Positions 57,762 to 64,000 of a stretch of 64,000 nucleotides of DNA are shown one piece after another. Source of the stretch: Chrysomallon squamiferum (taxonomy: Eukaryota > Animalia > Mollusca); contig CM022673.1 of the NCBI GenBank assembly GCA_012295275.1, positions 5,828,001-5,892,000 on the forward strand, given 5' to 3'. The position numbers and the translations under genes are program-made. How positions within the stretch are numbered: the stretch's first letter is position 1; every line of letters starts with the position of its first letter. The notes below the pieces were generated by a model, which did not search any database, was not told where the DNA came from, and was given only the letters and a program-made list of their open reading frames with translations.

Positions 57762-58170
57762 TAGTGTAGGTTTGCAAATTAATTTAAATGACAAGTAACT
57801 CGTGAAAATCGTTTCGCCTCTGTGTCACTTTTGTGGCTAATTCTGTTTGAAATTCATCACGTCGTCGTAGTTTCAGTTTTAAACCGCATCCCGCAGACAC
57901 GTGGACGTTCCAAGGAAAATTTAAATTATATTTTTCCACAGCGCCTGCGCGGGTATTTCGCGCGCTCTATCGGCACGTGGATTGGTTGACACAGAGATTA
58001 GGCTAATCCCCGGCTGCAACCGCAAAGACACGTAAATAATGTATCAGTAACTGGAAAGGAAACTGTTTCTTTTAGACATGGCGGTCAGAGCAAATACCGG
58101 CGAACATACGAAGAAAGGAATATTCCTGGATTAGATGTCGCGCCTTTTCGTTTATTACAAAGAACGGCAA
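56690..58170. promoter_or_regulatory. Candidate upstream enhancer islands of Ptf1a
   Basis: CpG-rich blocks (56690-57070, 57560-58170) contain overlapping TCACGTGAC/TGACGTCA (56969-56981), CACGTG at 57593, 57898 and 57974, NRF1-like GCGCCTGCGC (57941-57950), Su(H)-type TTCTCACA (57705-57712) and TAATCC. Confidence 0.45.
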
Positions 58171-58786
58171 TGAATACAATCTGCTACAGCTATAATCTGC
58201 TTGACACTTCAAAATTAAATTCTTGCATCTTCATCATCAGTATTATCATGATAACTAGATTAATTATTATGAGCATCGACATCATTATTATCACCGCCGT
58301 CATTGCCATTTTTAACAATCACGTGCTTATCTTGATCTTAATGATTGTAAATAATGATTAAAACAGAATTATCGTATCATCATCATTTGAATTATTTTAT
58401 TAAAATGGTTTCTTCATTATAAGATTTATTTTTACAAAAATAAGCTTTTGTATTGTTAAAGTTATGGATTTGATTTTTTTTTTATTGTGAAAATAATTAC
58501 ATAGACGCTGTTTCGCAGATGTGTAACTAACCTTTTCGTCAGCTAACATTAAACTCTGTGTGTATTTAAAATGATAATAAGCATATAGTAGCTTATTTTG
58601 TTTAGAATCTTCACAATAACTTATTTAACTGTAATATTTTATCATGATATAACATTTTATCCTTTCCAGGATTATCGATTCAAAACAAGAGTAGCCTCCC
58701 TTCGTGCATATTTAATAATAATAACAACAACAACAATAATAGTAATAATTATAATAATAATAACAACAATAATAATAATAATAATA

Positions 58787-58828
<42 letters not shown>

Positions 58829-58829
58829 C

Positions 58830-58863
<34 letters not shown>

Positions 58864-59893
58864 GTGCGCCCTGTCATTTATTTTCTACGATTCTTTGCTT
58901 CTCTCCATCCATCCATTTATCAATCTTTCCTTCTGTCTATCTGTCTTTTTGTTTCTCTTTCATTTATTATTACTTATAGCGTTTATTACCTTGAAAACCA
59001 TCGAACTGCCATTGCCATCATTATCGTCATCATCATCATAACCATCATCATAATGATTATTATCGACATCGTCATTGTTGCATCTGAGTTCATAGTTGAA
59101 CACATATGAACCCTAAAAATTATGTTTAAGTCAATGAGGGATTTAATCACAACTAAAAACGATGCTGACACAGGAGTTCATCATCTTTCCTGCTTCAAGA
59201 GGGAAGTGGTGACAGAAACAGCTTGACATCATCTTACCCTCCCTTCGCTGAACACACAGACTCTCTCCCCTCTCAACAGTAAACATATTACCCCTCTAGC
59301 ATTTAGCTGCAAGCCCCACCCTCGAAACCAAAGCCTTTATTCGGGGACTGCTGACCTAACGGCACTTATAACGCTAATTACAGCCAACATGGAGACTAGA
59401 ACTGAAGAACAATTAAGTGATGATAATAGAAAAAACAGGATAATGATGTTAAAATCAGCCATGTGTTTAACTATTCGAAGACGTTTGTGAGAAATGAAAA
59501 TTAAGAATTTTAACGGACTCATGGAAGTTTTTCACCATTTTTTTTCTTTTTCTTCTTCCCCATACTTCTCCTCCTCTCTTTCTCTCTTCTTCTTTTTCTT
59601 CTTTTCTTCTTCTTCTTCTTCATCTTCTTCTTCTTCATCTTCTTCTTATTCTTACAGACATAAATGGACACCGTACAGATGTCCGGAAAATTAAGTTCTA
59701 ACTGTTTTATTACTCTGATTAATTTTAGTTTCTAATAGCTCTGTCTGTTCTAAACACTGGATAAACTTACACAGAATTAAGACGTCAGTTTGTCCTTTGA
59801 TTGATATTTCTGAAATGAATACTTATATTTGACTCTTTACTTGAAATATGAATTCAGATTTCTATTTTAATAATCGTTATGAGCACCATAACA

Positions 59894-61169
<1,276 letters not shown>

Positions 61170-64000
61170 ATCTTTCTTTCTCTGTGTATATTTAGAAAAT
61201 GCTTAGAAAATCTTCAGAAATATTCTGATAGATAAAAAGAACATACACGGAAATTATTTAATTACGAACATTTATTTATTTATTTATTGATTTAGTTAGT
61301 TAGTTAGCTTGTTAGTTAACTAGCTAGCTAGATTGTTTTTTTGGTTTTTTTAGTTTGTTGGTTAATTATTTCAAACTAAAGAAAAAGAAAAAGTTGTGAA
61401 CTAATGAAGTCAAAACAGTTTTTGAAAGTAATGAAAACCTGATCAAATCTAAAGAGAAAATAGTACCAAAAAAAAAAAATAAAAATAAAAATAATAATAA
61501 TAAAATAAACAGAATGAAAGAAATAATGAATGAAACGAAAATTATAAGAATACAGTGTGAATAAATATATTTTAAGATCTCTGACCGCATATTTATATGC
61601 GTGGATCAGTATTCTGAATATATTCACACTGCTGAAAAAATTCTGACGTTGCAAATGAATAAAATAAAATATATATAAATCTACCTACATACATAATATA
61701 AAATGAAGAAAGAGACAAATTTCATTACTTATATATGAAATGTAATCTCAGAAATAATTTTATTAATAAAAGAATTTGTTTAAACAATTTAAAAAAATAT
61801 ATATTTATATATGTATTCCAAATCCAGGTCTTTAAGTTCATCATGAACAACAACTGGTTGTGTAAACAGTTAGTATGTTAGTTGTTTGACAACGTGTTTG
61901 TTGACAGAACAGACTGACTTGACTTTGAACAGAATACAGTTCTTAACGAACACGACTGATTCGATTTGGCGCACCTTTGTTCATTCATCCTACACCTGTC
62001 GAAGTAGACATTAACAGGTGACACAATACCTTCACAAAAAAAAAAAAAAAAAAAAAGAAATTCTGTCCAATTTCTCGACAACATAATCACACATCGTTGT
62101 CCGATGCATAAACTGATACAGTTTGTGTTAGTCAACTGTAACTTTTATTATGCTGAAATTTTGTTTTCTCCAGTCATGTTTTTAATTCAGACGATACTTT
62201 TTAATGATCCCCTTTTTTTTAAGATCAAATCCAGTAGATCTGCCCTTTGGGTCAAACGCGGTTCATAATCACCTCACCAGAAGGTTCGAGTCTGTAGTCA
62301 AATTACAGACGAACGTGCGCGACTGTTAGCGCGTGCCTCACACAATACGCGACTCACCGACTGAAGAGCTCCAACAACGGTGGCCGAAAGAAATTGCACA
62401 GGTAGACGATCCGGTTTGATAATGTTGTGCAAATATTTTAAACAGCAGTCATTTTGTTTAGAAATGCTTTCAGAGAAGAGAGAGAGAGAGAGGGAGAGAG
62501 AAAAAAGTAATCTGAAGTATAGTGCTTTGTAAGGTCTTATCCTTTGTTGTTTCATTGGACACGTCGTCTGAAAAGGTTTGTTCTAGCCCTTGGCTTCGAG
62601 CAACGCGAGTCCACTTCTGAGAGTTCGACGTTCTTCAGTGACGTTCGCGTTTGTCCTGCAGTGCAGTCCAGACTCGCTCGAGTAGCGGGCGTATTAAACG
62701 TGCATTAATTGCAGGTTCGTGACAGACCGGGTATTGAAATAACGAGTAACAGAAGAAACAGTTTCAAATGTTGTAACTTTGATTTTCTGACCTTTACTTC
62801 CAACACATGTTAAAAGTGAATTAGCCTGACTGTTGCGAGATTGCGAGATCATTGTTTCATTTATCGGGAACTGAGATTAGAAAGTCAAGGCAGAGGATGT
62901 TATTAGAAAGAGCCGATGACAGACGTACATACAGACAGATATCATACAGTCATGGGGTCGGATAATTATAAAATGGTCACCGGTCAAATGACCATTGTAT
63001 CATTTACTCTGTCAGTAATAACATTCATCATCAATCACTCGATCAGTCAGTCGGTCAACAGTTTATTCATTTATTCATTCACCCTTTCATTTATTCATTC
63101 AATCTTTCATTCATTCAGTCAGTCAGCCAGCCAAATTATTTATCCATTGTTTTTATTCATTCGTTCAGTAAATCAGATGTGTCATTCAGGCAGTCAGTAA
63201 CCTTTTAATTTAGTAAGTTAGTCATTCAGGTAATTTTTTATTCGAGAGGTAATTTCACTAACATCGGAGTATACTATTTGTCGTTTTGTTGACTGAACGG
63301 GTCAAATTTCTGAGTTTAATGTAGTTCATTCATGACTCGTTATATGCACGTGTACTTATATATATATATATATATTCTATAACTACCAAATCAGATTTTC
63401 TTTGTATAATGCAGTTTTTATAAATAATACAAAAACGCACATTATAAAAAAAGTATCAGTCACTAAGATTATAAAGTCCTCCTATCTGCTCACAAGAAAT
63501 CAACTTAGCAACACAGCTGAAACTTCTTTTCATGTAATATCCATTTATAATTTATAAAACTCTCTAAATGAAATATTTTTAAAATACATTCTTCAAAGCA
63601 AATTTACTCATATTTCTGCCCTAGTCTTCGCTGCATCTACTTAATGTAAAATCGCATTAGTTTGATTTCTTTATCTTTTTTTATAGTTAAATTCTAACAA
63701 TATTAATTTATGGGGTACTTTTTAGACGCCTAAATTATAACAATATTAATTTAAAATGGCATTTCTTTACCTCTGTAGAGCTAAAAGCTAACAATATTAA
63801 TTTATGTGCTTGTACAAGCATCTTCCTGCGGTGAAGCAAACATCGTTTTGCTTACAGACTTGATAATTGGCTTCATTTGCTTTGTGAAAACCACCGTGTC
63901 TTATTTACGGCAGTTCGGTATATTTGCGAGGTCAAATATAATTGCGATTGTTCTAAGATTTTGATGGGAATATGGTGAATGGAGGAAGAGGTCGAAAGTG

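Noticed and set aside
62240-62300. GGTTCGAGTC B-box with an upstream TTCATAA loop-like sequence
   Set aside because: The stems do not pair into a tRNA fold.

Overview
This is AT-rich, microsatellite-dense eukaryotic DNA. It is animal, probably a mollusc or gastropod, inferred from the SINE-like repeats and not proven. Only one protein-coding gene is supportable: a two-exon Ptf1a/Fer1 bHLH transcription factor on the minus strand, join(54623..54197, 51281..51079), 209 aa. It has a canonical bHLH plus both RBPJ/Su(H)-binding C-terminal motifs (HSLSW and IWTPEDPR). The remaining ~60 kb is a gene desert. It contains simple repeats, decayed tRNA-derived SINE copies, a cluster of TIR DNA-transposon derivatives at 28.3-31.5 kb, a hAT-like MITE, several decayed minisatellites, and many CpG-richer islands with transcription-factor motif clusters that look like cis-regulatory elements. 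The transposon cluster includes a Tigger-like MITE nested in a pogo-like element that retains a PHD-finger remnant. Most ORFs in the supplied track are translations of microsatellites. The most notable observations are a tandem duplication of the Ptf1a exon-1 splice donor that could yield a bHLH-only isoform, a spaced array of TTCCTAGAA (STAT/BCL6-type) sites, and the nested transposon. I found no convincing evidence of a wholly new multi-gene system.
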